Positions 28,901 through 36,433 of a DNA stretch of 64,000 nt are shown here, piece after piece (positions within the stretch are counted from its first letter, which is position 1; each line of letters starts with the position of its first letter). The stretch is from NCBI GenBank assembly GCA_015486075.1, contig WFSG01000040.1:4647-68646 (forward strand). Reading direction: 5' to 3'. The position numbers were made by a program, and so were the translations under genes. The DNA comes from Deltaproteobacteria bacterium (GTDB lineage: Bacteria; Desulfobacterota; Desulfomonilia; UBA1062). The notes under the pieces were generated by a model that saw only the letters and a program-made list of their open reading frames with translations, searched no databases and was not told the DNA's origin.

Positions 28901-31268
28901 TGCGGATGAAGACATTGCAGTGGTAGGCAGCAAGTTAATGTTCCCGGATGGTACCATCCAGCATGCAGGCGTTGGAATCGCTGATAGCAAGTTATTAGCT
29001 GGACACCTCTACAGGGGATATCCTTCTGACTTTCCTCCTGCAAACAAGCCAAGGGATTTCCAGGTAGTAACCGGTGCATGCATGCTCGTAAAAAAAGACA
29101 TATTCTTTAGCATAGGTGGCTTTGACGAAGCATACGTAAACGGGTGCGAGGACATCGACCTCTGCTTCAAGATTAGAGAGGAAGGCAAAAGGGTCTTCTA
29201 CAACCCCAGGAGTGTACTCACCCATTTCGAGGGAAAGACCGAGGGCAGACAGAATAAGATGGATGATAATGCAAAGATCCTGTTTGAGAGATGGGGAGGC
29301 AGGGTAAAACCTGACTACGAGAGATATCTTATGGATGATGGGTTCAGGATCGAGGAGACACCCGAAGGAGAGAAAAAATGGGTATACCACGAAGAACTAT
29401 CCAAGCCTGTGCTTAGTGTCGTGATAGTAACCTACAATTCCCTTGGCTATATTGGAAAGTGTCTTGACAGCATAAAGACTCAAACCCCTATTCCATACGA
29501 AGTCGTAGTAATAGACAACAACTCAAGTGACGGGACAAGGGACTTTCTTAAGGGCATGAAAGGTATAAAAATTATACTGAACGATGAGAACAGGGGCTTC
29601 TCAAAGGCCACGAACCAGGGAATTAAAGCAGCAAGAGGCGAACACATAGTGTTCTTGAACCCAGATACCGTCGTCACCTGGGACTGGGCATGGCACATGA
29701 TGCTCCACCTCAAAAAGGGTGTTGGGGCAGTGGGACCCGTGTCCAACTACGCGGCAGGCCTGCAGAGGTACGAGCTTTACATGAAGGAGAAAAACATGGG
29801 CAATATCGATGTAAACAAGCTCGCTGAAAAGCTGTACACCTGGAACATGGGTAAGGCCATGGATACAAGGCTACTCACGGGCTTTTGCATGATGACAAAG
29901 AAAGAGATAATAGACGAGGTGGGCATGCTCGATGAAGACCTGTTCCTAGGGAGCGACGACCTGGAATTCTCCTGGAGGCTAAAGGAGAAGGGATATAGGC
30001 TTGTTGTAGCCACTGATACCTTCATATACCACAAGGCACAGGCGAGCTTTGCCACCGAGCCCGAGGAAAAGATGAAGAGACTCACCCAGGAAAGCCAGGA
30101 CACGCTTTACCTGAAGCTAGAGAAGTACTACGGCAAGGGCAGGGTACCTTCCAGCAAGGAGCTATGGGGCATGGACTGGTTCAGGCCTTCCAGAAAATTA
30201 ACGCGTCCATCCCTTCCCCTCACGTCCATTATCATGCTCACGTTCAACCAGCTTGACTACACCAGGAAATGCCTGGAGAGCATAGAGAAACACACCAAGG
30301 CAAGGTACGAGCTCATAATCGTGGACAACGGGTCAACGGATGGCACGGTTGAGTTCTTAAAGGATTATGCAAAAACCCGCGCGAATGCAGAGCTCATTCT
30401 CAATAAAGAGAACCTGGGCTTTGCAAGAGGTAATAACCAGGGCATTGAGAAGTCAAAGGGCGACTACATAGTCCTTTTAAACAACGACGTTGTGGTGACT
30501 AAAGGCTGGCTGGATAAAATGGTCTCGTACATGGAGGAGAACCCTGATATCGGCATGGCAGGACCTGTATCAAACAATGTCTCTGGACCACAGAAGGTAG
30601 AGGATGCACCATCGGGCGAGGACATGGACAAGATACATGCCTTTGCAAGGCATATCTCAGAAGAGAATGCAGGTAAGGTCGAGGATGTCTTGAGGCTCGT
30701 TGGTTTTTGCCTGCTTATCAGAAAAGAAGTAATAGACCTCATAGGTCCCCTGGACGAGAACTACGGCAGCGGTAACTTTGAAGACGACGACCTGTGCCTT
30801 AGGTCTTCCATAGCAGGCTTCAGGCATGTAATCTTAAAAGACGTATTCGTACACCACTTTGGCAGCAAGACCTTTGAAGGGAACAACATAGATTACAACT
30901 CAAGCCTTGACAAAAACAGGGAATACTTTGCCAGGAAATGGGACGGCATAGTAGAGATGCAAGAAGGCAGCTACAAGGTAAGGCTCGAGCCCAAGGACAG
31001 GTTAAATGCACTCGTACGGATGGGAGAGATGGAACACGAAAAGGGTAGGATCAATACAGCTGTAAACATATTCAAGAAGGCACTCATGCTCGAACCCTTA
31101 AACAGCCGCGTTATGAATGATCTTGGTGCAATACAATGGGAACTGGGAGAAAGGGAGTCTGCTATCAGGACCTTCCAGAAGGCACTTAGTATAAACCCGG
31201 ACGACGAGGATGCGAGGTTCAACCTTGAGCAGGCACTTTCAACCGGCAAAAGGCCAGGGGCCATCTGA
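22959..31268 (+). CDS. 2769-aa multi-domain glycan-assembly mega-enzyme: GT2 - CgeB-like GT - MTase-like - B12-binding radical SAM - five further GT2 domains - TPR
   Basis: A single uninterrupted ORF with RBS AAAGGGGA. Approximate domain positions by nucleotide are as follows. GT2 #1, about 22990-23700 (MPVYNGERYI...ISDNASTDSS). CgeB-like glycosyltransferase domain, about 23965-24880 (...VTFVGQNYGKRKDNL...DHTWEKRL). Class I methyltransferase-like domain, about 24982-25510 (FIETGTYMGDSLEY). B12-binding radical SAM domain, about 25810-27000, with RGCPFRCTFCS at 26388-26412. GT2 #2, 27085-27760. GT2 #3, 27795-28560. GT2 #4, 28587-29390. GT2 #5, 29406-30200. GT2 #6, 30214-30960. TPR repeats, 30990-31268. 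Each GT2 domain carries D..DD/DxD-type motifs (e.g. IIVDNGSTDGT). Confidence 0.8.
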   Translation: MRTNKTPFVSIGMPVYNGERYIKQALDSLLSQDYDNFELIISDNASTDSSPDICLEYKNKDGRVKFYRNDKNIGPNDNFNRVFELSSGQYFMWAACDDLWTPNYISSLVKALASDKNAVLAFSQLNNIDENGNICREYPNLHLLSSKAPLPDRLNNIIWFREEDGKANLVYGLIRSDILKKIDIFKSYGFGNWGVDYLLVFRLALFGKFLFVNDSCFYKRLTEENISRWANTSPEEYCHLIQGYFQGYRTIIKESNLRDIEKDTLLMSISAREGHWYSRILGSNTIEDTASKIRSMVEKTHDYTAPSIINNKQHQHTPNMDRQDTNTNKPSQIIDKTILFLSVGSINYDCNINFYEPLKAIFKKAINYNYMERLEILGKKAMNEEIIHIVKSKKPDYVFIHTYQDQIELSTLDKINMLGVKTIAWFSDDHWRFDDYSRFLAPHVFCSITTDKYAVDKYKSLGFNVIKSQWASNQHHYRKTNTPLLYDVTFVGQNYGKRKDNLFYLKTKNVPLSVFGRGFGTFLEFDEIIKIFNASKINLNFSGSSRDDNIKQIKGRIFEVPMCKGFLLTEYAEGIEEYFEIGKEIECFDDIKDALDKIQYYLKHEDRRLEIAEKGHIRALRDHTWEKRLRDLFLEVERLEKSSSVPHGHDWITTQKDMQKEISDHKKHNIPYRKKYEMGFHGDSYLLTLIDHVLTRCDAFIETGTYMGDSLEYVARNFSHLHIFSCEPKTEHITVARNKLRPYLHNITLDQVKSPDFLYKIVEDHPDLVNKDVAFWLDAHSFGYKWPLKDEIRFITGTFKKAYIFIDDFKIPGRPEFQYDIYDGQECSWEFIHDEMCTDKEYLIYLPKYKEKTSRHHPLVGWALIEFGHATMQIPDSLKDHLIQTSAYRLPAEGKFDEEHHDHDVYNESVSYGENSNSYMADHWSDKSVHPGSEKNKNAKHPIRPSGGKKYVSREHIKHVLLTTSAAPNQSPFSTTEKRPPIGLGFLISVLRNAGHKVFFIDNYLRPDNFLETDFLQRNRIDYVGIYANTICYRDTLRMLYRLEYLRRTGRWGGKIIVGGPHTTVALDTIPDFVDYIVQGEGEKAILDIVEERISERIVKYPRIKDLDKLPMPAWDYFVRMPYNWGVDWFREQPVFTMNTSRGCPFRCTFCSVGSIWGKQYTYFSAERIVSDIEYLTREYGAKGIYFREDNFTLNKKRLVEFCELLLKKGINIPWACETRVSNLNKDIVELMSRAGACGFYFGVESGSQRILDFLKKDIKVDQTRKTFELCHRFGINTAASVIVGVPTETEDDLRQTYSLLNDIKPTVTWFNVFVGIPNSELYKYTIKNRLYEFIDDRGLVYLKGHNERVKRFYGGHINASIPAILDNNEKTANPEITVVMPVYNAERYIDKAIKSVLAQTYQDFEFIIIDDASTDNTSEILKRFDDPRIRTIKNPNNLGLTKSLNKAIREAKGTYIARMDADDISIPHRLETQLNFLKKNTDHALVGSSYYQIDDTGRIISLVRVLSDDNEIRAGLKKQNWFGHGSIMMLKSAFLQCGGYDESFKYAQDYDLWLRISEKYKVANIGEPLYQWRSTAGNISNARIQEQKYFASLAVKKAEERKKARIIDKTDKPLVSVIVPTYNRPDMLREALTSILNQSYQNYEIIVVNDGGINIESIIHQLNSKGNITYVKHNINKGLAASRNSGISLAKGKYIAYLDDDDVFYPDHLETLVNLLEETDYKVAYTDAYRAHQVLYDNSYKITARDIPYSVDFSKDLILIRNLSPVNCFMHEKKCLEKVGLFDEALTTHEDWDLWIRLSRSYDFKHIKKVTTEFRDRRDGSTMTSSKLPDFLRTTRIIYKRYSSYTMGRQDIQRAQEQNIHLLENEISKYSISVSMKCSIIIPVFNQVEYTKKCLEALVENTPDDLYEVIIVDNGSTDGTKEFLKCLEGDVKIITNQENLGFAKACNQGAREASGKYLVFLNNDTIPQKGWLEELVRVADADEDIAVVGSKLMFPDGTIQHAGVGIADSKLLAGHLYRGYPSDFPPANKPRDFQVVTGACMLVKKDIFFSIGGFDEAYVNGCEDIDLCFKIREEGKRVFYNPRSVLTHFEGKTEGRQNKMDDNAKILFERWGGRVKPDYERYLMDDGFRIEETPEGEKKWVYHEELSKPVLSVVIVTYNSLGYIGKCLDSIKTQTPIPYEVVVIDNNSSDGTRDFLKGMKGIKIILNDENRGFSKATNQGIKAARGEHIVFLNPDTVVTWDWAWHMMLHLKKGVGAVGPVSNYAAGLQRYELYMKEKNMGNIDVNKLAEKLYTWNMGKAMDTRLLTGFCMMTKKEIIDEVGMLDEDLFLGSDDLEFSWRLKEKGYRLVVATDTFIYHKAQASFATEPEEKMKRLTQESQDTLYLKLEKYYGKGRVPSSKELWGMDWFRPSRKLTRPSLPLTSIIMLTFNQLDYTRKCLESIEKHTKARYELIIVDNGSTDGTVEFLKDYAKTRANAELILNKENLGFARGNNQGIEKSKGDYIVLLNNDVVVTKGWLDKMVSYMEENPDIGMAGPVSNNVSGPQKVEDAPSGEDMDKIHAFARHISEENAGKVEDVLRLVGFCLLIRKEVIDLIGPLDENYGSGNFEDDDLCLRSSIAGFRHVILKDVFVHHFGSKTFEGNNIDYNSSLDKNREYFARKWDGIVEMQEGSYKVRLEPKDRLNALVRMGEMEHEKGRINTAVNIFKKALMLEPLNSRVMNDLGAIQWELGERESAIRTFQKALSINPDDEDARFNLEQALSTGKRPGAI

Positions 31269-31282
31269 CCCTGCCCCATTGC

Positions 31283-32590
31283 ATGGAGCCAGGATATACT
31301 TTCCCTGATCAAATGAAGTTTCTTACAGCAAAGGACAATATTGTGCTTACCTTTTTTGGCCAGGACTATGCACTTGGGCCCATATCCTACCCGGACGTGG
31401 ATATATCGAGGATACTCGTTGTGACAGATGACCTTGCAAAGGCCTTGTACAGGATATACCCCGAGTTCCTAGAGCCCGTGAGTTTCGATGCAACGAGGAT
31501 CCCATCTTTTCCCGAGCCACTGGTGGGTTCTCCATCAGGCATACCCGAAGGCAAGAGACTCATGATCATAAGGGATGCAGGCATAGGGGACATGATCATG
31601 CTGATACCTGCACTTAGAAAACTTAAGCAAATGGTAGGGCATAAGGTCGAGATAGGACTATCCACCTTGAAAGACAGGCACCCGCTGGTTGAAGGCCTTG
31701 GATACGTGGACAGGTTATATCCCCTCCCCTTGAGGCTCTCCGAGCTGGTCAGTGAGACAGATTACTTCGTGGGTTTCCCTGACATAAAGGGCATATACAA
31801 TAGGGTAAACATGACTGACTTCTACTTGGATTCAATGTGCATGGATCCAGGTTCCATACCTTCTGCAGACAAGTTACCCAAGATACCGGAAAGCCTACTG
31901 TTGCATGAGGATACAATCAGGAAGATAAGAAAACTCGCTGGCTATAGGTCTCTTAAGGTCTTTTATTCGCCGGGAGCAAGCGATCCCATAAGGCGACTGC
32001 CACCCTGTATACTATTGACACTTGCCACGTCTTTTACCGACATGATCTTCCTCACGCCCGAGAAGATCCCTGAAGAGGCAAAGGGGCTTGATAATGTTAC
32101 TGGTATAGATACGTCATCAGGCCTTGCATCCTTTGCAACAGCAATAAGTGAATGTGACATCCTGGTCTCATCGGATAGCGGTGCATACCACATAGCCGCT
32201 GCAATAGGTAAACCTTCCCTTGTATTCTTCGGGCCCATACCATCCATGCTCAGGTCAACCTATTATCCATATGTGATCAGCCTGGACCCCTTTGATTACA
32301 TGGGCGAGACATGCGTGCCACCCTGCGGTATACATGCCAGGACGCAGATGGCATCCTTAAAGCCCATTGGTGCGAACATGGTAAGGGATTTGAGGCAGGG
32401 CACCGAGATAATCACCTTCTCGGGCCAGATGTTCACTTACGATCCCTCACTGGGTTGTCCTGAGGCACAGGCCAAGGGCACTAGGTTTAGCCCTTGCCTG
32501 GAATCATTTTCTGATGAATCCATTTTACAAGGTTTTGAGAGGGTCTTAGAACTAAGCAATCAAATAGCACCCATAACGCACGCTAGCTGA
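31283..32590 (+). CDS. GT9-family glycosyltransferase (heptosyltransferase-like), paralog 1
   Basis: ADP-heptose:LPS heptosyltransferase-like fold (RLMIIRDAGIGDMIMLIPAL..., ...SSDSGAYHIAAAIGKPSLVFFGP). About 45% identical to the downstream paralog. The alternative start is at 31313. Confidence 0.65.
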   Translation: MEPGYTFPDQMKFLTAKDNIVLTFFGQDYALGPISYPDVDISRILVVTDDLAKALYRIYPEFLEPVSFDATRIPSFPEPLVGSPSGIPEGKRLMIIRDAGIGDMIMLIPALRKLKQMVGHKVEIGLSTLKDRHPLVEGLGYVDRLYPLPLRLSELVSETDYFVGFPDIKGIYNRVNMTDFYLDSMCMDPGSIPSADKLPKIPESLLLHEDTIRKIRKLAGYRSLKVFYSPGASDPIRRLPPCILLTLATSFTDMIFLTPEKIPEEAKGLDNVTGIDTSSGLASFATAISECDILVSSDSGAYHIAAAIGKPSLVFFGPIPSMLRSTYYPYVISLDPFDYMGETCVPPCGIHARTQMASLKPIGANMVRDLRQGTEIITFSGQMFTYDPSLGCPEAQAKGTRFSPCLESFSDESILQGFERVLELSNQIAPITHAS

Positions 32591-32615
32591 TACCTTCTGT
32601 AATTATGGATAAAAG

Positions 32616-33905
32616 ATGACATTAGCATACCTTGCATCAACAGCTGAGGGCCGTTTTTTCTACCACGGCCATTCATACAAGCTCTCCCCCATTACCTATC
32701 CAGACGTAAATATCCATAACATACTTGTTATGGGAGGCCCTAGCCTGGCAAGGTCAATATGCAAGGAAAACAGTGGGCTCATGACCGGTCTGAATTTCGA
32801 TGCCTCCTTGATTCCAGGTTTCCCCGAGCCACTTGGCATGGCCGTGTCCGAGATACCATGCGGGAAAAGGCTCATGCTTCTGAGGGCAGGAGGCATAGGG
32901 GACCTGATAATGCTCACCCCTGCATTGAGGCAGCTCAGATCAAGGTGCAGATCAGGGGTAAAGATAGCGCTTTCAACTCTCCAGGACAGAAAGGCATTGT
33001 TCGAGGACCTGGGCTTTGTAGATGATTTTTATCCACATCCCATAAGGCTATCAGACCTCGTGGACTCGGCTGATTTCTACGTTGACTTCTCAGACAAAAG
33101 GGGCATCTTCAACCACGTTGACATGATAGACTTCCACCTTGACTGCCTGGGTATAGACCCATCAAGTGTGCCCAAAGAACAGAAAATACCCGAGATATCC
33201 AAGGGACTTTCAAGAAACCATGCAATAAGGGAAGAGATGAAAAGGCTATCAAGGCATGGCCGCCCGCTTGTGATCTATTCACCTGGCGCAAGCGACAGGA
33301 TAAGGTACCTACCAGACGACATACTCGGGCTTCTTGCAACAAGTTTCAAGGGCATCGACTACGTTGTACCCGGTAGCATGCCTAAGACCTGTGAGGGCAT
33401 GGAGAACGTATTCAGTATTGATACGTCTTCTGGCCTGGATGCCTTTGTGACCGCAATCGCAGCATCACACGCTGTCATCACCACGGACAGCTCTGCTTAC
33501 CACATAGCATCGGCACTAAGCAAGCCATGCCTTGTTTTCTTTGGCCCTATCTCGTCGAGTATACGGAGCAAATACTATCCAACGATCGTGGCACTTGATG
33601 CTTGCTATTTCGGCAAGACATGTGCAAGTCCGTGCGGGATAAGTGCACTTACAGAGACACCACCTGTGATACCCATTGGAGCAAACAGGGTAAGGGCACT
33701 TGAAAAAGGGGTAAAGATAACTACTTACTCGGGCGAGTCATTCACCTTTGATCCTGGTAAAGGATGTCCCGAGGCACAGTACCTGGGCAGTAGCACAAGC
33801 CCTTGCCTCATGTCATTTAGCCCGGAAGACATAATAAAGGGATTCGAGAGAGTGATGGATATGGTGGAAAGCCCGGAGAGGGAAAGAAAGAGAGAATCGC
33901 TGTGA
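32616..33905 (+). CDS. GT9-family glycosyltransferase (heptosyltransferase-like), paralog 2
   Basis: Same architecture as 31283-32590 (RLMLLRAGGIGDLIMLTPAL, TTDSSAYHIASALSKPCLVFFGP). Tandem duplicate. Confidence 0.65.
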   Translation: MTLAYLASTAEGRFFYHGHSYKLSPITYPDVNIHNILVMGGPSLARSICKENSGLMTGLNFDASLIPGFPEPLGMAVSEIPCGKRLMLLRAGGIGDLIMLTPALRQLRSRCRSGVKIALSTLQDRKALFEDLGFVDDFYPHPIRLSDLVDSADFYVDFSDKRGIFNHVDMIDFHLDCLGIDPSSVPKEQKIPEISKGLSRNHAIREEMKRLSRHGRPLVIYSPGASDRIRYLPDDILGLLATSFKGIDYVVPGSMPKTCEGMENVFSIDTSSGLDAFVTAIAASHAVITTDSSAYHIASALSKPCLVFFGPISSSIRSKYYPTIVALDACYFGKTCASPCGISALTETPPVIPIGANRVRALEKGVKITTYSGESFTFDPGKGCPEAQYLGSSTSPCLMSFSPEDIIKGFERVMDMVESPERERKRESL

Positions 33906-36433
33906 GTACCATATCGTTCTGCATGATCGTAAAGAATGCCCAGGATGATCTGGGTGAAATCCTTCCTATAATGGCAAAGGTCTCGGACGAGGTCATAGTT
34001 GTAGACACCGGGTCAACAGATAACACCCCTGATGTTGCCAGGACACTCGGTGCAAGCGTTATTGAAATAACATGGAAGGATTCCTTTGCTGAGGCCAGGA
34101 ACACTTACATAGATGCTGCAAGGGGAGACTGGATCATATCCATAGACGCGGACGAGAGGATTGCAGAGAAAGACCTTCACCACATAGCAGAAGCAAAGCA
34201 AAAGCCCCCCCATGGTTTCCTTATGACTACGAGGAATTATGGCAATGATCATGGGGTTGAAGGCTTCAGGCCCTGCACTGGCGAATATCCTGAGTTTGAA
34301 AATGGCTTCAAGGGATGGAGCCCATCCACAAAGGTAAGGATGTTTCCCAGGGTAAAAGGGCTCTACTACACCGGGGAGGTGAGGGAGCTCATAGAGCCCG
34401 GGCTTAAAAGGCTTGGCATACCCTTGGGTGAGGTGCTCACGCCAATACACCATTTTGGAACGCAATCCAGATCAAAGCGCCTATACTACAGGCAACTACT
34501 AGAGAAAAAGGTGCGATCCACGCCCAAGGACCCCAGGGCCATGATAGAGCTCGCAGTTGAGGATTTTCACCTGGGGAGACTGGACAAGGCCATAAGCGAG
34601 GCGGAAAGAGCCATATCCCTCCATGAGGAGGGATATAGAGGCCTTTACTTTGACCTGGCAAGTGCCTATAACCTCCTGGGCGCTGCATACATGAAGGTAG
34701 GGAAGAAGGATAAAGCACTTGAGGCATTCGACGCAGGCATAAAGTCAGGCGGTAGAAACAAGGACGTGCTTAAAAAAAATAAAGGTATATTGCTCTCACA
34801 AGGTATGCGCCCCTCTCTGGGCGTGGTGATGATAGTAAAGGACGAGGAGAAAGACCTGCCGAATATACTGGGCGATATAAAAGATGTGGTAGACGAGATA
34901 GTGGTCGTTGACACGGGTTCCAAAGACCACACGGTAGACGTGGCAAAAGATTTCGGGGCAAAGGTGGGTTACTTCGAGTGGTGTGACGACTTTTCAAAGG
35001 CAAGGAATGCATCCATAGACATGGCTGACTCAGACTATTTACTTTGGCTGGATGCAGACGACAGGATACCTCCAGAGGAGGCGGCCAAGCTACTGAGATT
35101 AAAGAAGAGCCTAAAACCAGGCAAAGATGCTGCATGGATGCTAAAGATAGTCAACACGGACAGGCAAGGTGGAGATACAGTAAGCTACCAGCTGAGGATA
35201 TTCCCGAGAAGGGATGACATGAGGTTTGTAAACAGGGTGCACGAGCAGATATTAGAAGTGGTCCAGAAGGCCGGGATTAAGATAGAATCAGCGGATATCA
35301 CCATAAGGCACACAGGCTACGATGATGAGGCGTCAAGGCTCTTAAAGGCAAGGAGAAACCTAAGGATATTACTCGACGAGGTAGGCCAGGGTAATGTCTC
35401 AAGCTCCAGGTATTTCTTCATAGCTTCATCGTACTTTGCCCTGCACGAATACGAGAGATCCCTTGAATACATCGGGAAGGCAAGGAAGAATTCATTTGGA
35501 AGCGAAAACTGGCTAAAGTACAGTTACTCTCTTGCCGCTGACTGTTACCTGAGGCTGGGCAACAAAGAAAGGGCAGTCCAGGAGTTTGGAGAGGCCACCA
35601 GTATCTACGAAAAGAGCGGGCTCATGCATTATTTCCTAGCAATGACATGCCTTAATGCAGGAATGTTCGAGGATGCTGTAAAGGCCTTTGAAAAAACTGC
35701 ATCCCTTGGCATAGAGATAGAGACATACCCTGTTCCACCAGACATACAGGAGAGTGCACCCTATTACTATGGTGTTGCCTTGGAAAGGCTTGGCAGGACC
35801 AATGAGGCCATGAAGGCATTCAGGACAGCCATAAAGATAAATCCATCACACTTTTTGGCCACCAGGGATCTTGGACTCAGCCTTCTCAAGGCAGGAGATA
35901 TGGACCAATCCCTTTCCTTCCTCGAGAAGGCAAAGAGGCTTGCCCAGGGATACGACCGCGTGCTCTGGCTTAGCATGGCAAAGATATACGATAGGCTTGG
36001 GATGACATCAAGGGCACTTGAAATCTACAGGGAGTCCGTGGGAATAGACCCCTATGACACGGATGCCCTTACTGGCCTGGTGGAGGCAAGCATGAAGGTG
36101 GACGACGTGGAGAGCCTTGTCCTCGGCATGGAGGGTCTCATGAATAACCTTGGAATGGATACGAACATGGTACTAGAGACCGTGGAGGACATAGCAGGTA
36201 CATGCTCTGACATAGCCAGGCGTCTCTTTGAGTCCCAAGATACCTTTAATGCCGAGAAACTCGTCAACTGCGCTTTGAAGCTGGACAAGAAATGTGCCAA
36301 GGCATACCTACTCGCGGCCGATATAAAGATCGCATCAGGGCAAAGAGAAGCAGGTGCCGACTGGCTCGAGAAGGCATTAAGGGCGGGAACACCTACCGAC
36401 GAGATAAAAAAAAGGATGCAGGGACTTTCCTAG
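33902..36433 (+). CDS. tandem GT2 glycosyltransferase with TPR repeat regions (GT2-TPR-GT2-TPR)
   Basis: Two GT2 cores (FCMIVKNAQDDL...VDTGSTDNT at about 33902-34560; GVVMIVKDEEKDL...VDTGSKDHT at about 34810-35330). Each is followed by TPR-like helical repeats, with a long TPR region at 35330-36433. Its start overlaps the preceding stop. Confidence 0.75.
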   Translation: MSTISFCMIVKNAQDDLGEILPIMAKVSDEVIVVDTGSTDNTPDVARTLGASVIEITWKDSFAEARNTYIDAARGDWIISIDADERIAEKDLHHIAEAKQKPPHGFLMTTRNYGNDHGVEGFRPCTGEYPEFENGFKGWSPSTKVRMFPRVKGLYYTGEVRELIEPGLKRLGIPLGEVLTPIHHFGTQSRSKRLYYRQLLEKKVRSTPKDPRAMIELAVEDFHLGRLDKAISEAERAISLHEEGYRGLYFDLASAYNLLGAAYMKVGKKDKALEAFDAGIKSGGRNKDVLKKNKGILLSQGMRPSLGVVMIVKDEEKDLPNILGDIKDVVDEIVVVDTGSKDHTVDVAKDFGAKVGYFEWCDDFSKARNASIDMADSDYLLWLDADDRIPPEEAAKLLRLKKSLKPGKDAAWMLKIVNTDRQGGDTVSYQLRIFPRRDDMRFVNRVHEQILEVVQKAGIKIESADITIRHTGYDDEASRLLKARRNLRILLDEVGQGNVSSSRYFFIASSYFALHEYERSLEYIGKARKNSFGSENWLKYSYSLAADCYLRLGNKERAVQEFGEATSIYEKSGLMHYFLAMTCLNAGMFEDAVKAFEKTASLGIEIETYPVPPDIQESAPYYYGVALERLGRTNEAMKAFRTAIKINPSHFLATRDLGLSLLKAGDMDQSLSFLEKAKRLAQGYDRVLWLSMAKIYDRLGMTSRALEIYRESVGIDPYDTDALTGLVEASMKVDDVESLVLGMEGLMNNLGMDTNMVLETVEDIAGTCSDIARRLFESQDTFNAEKLVNCALKLDKKCAKAYLLAADIKIASGQREAGADWLEKALRAGTPTDEIKKRMQGLS

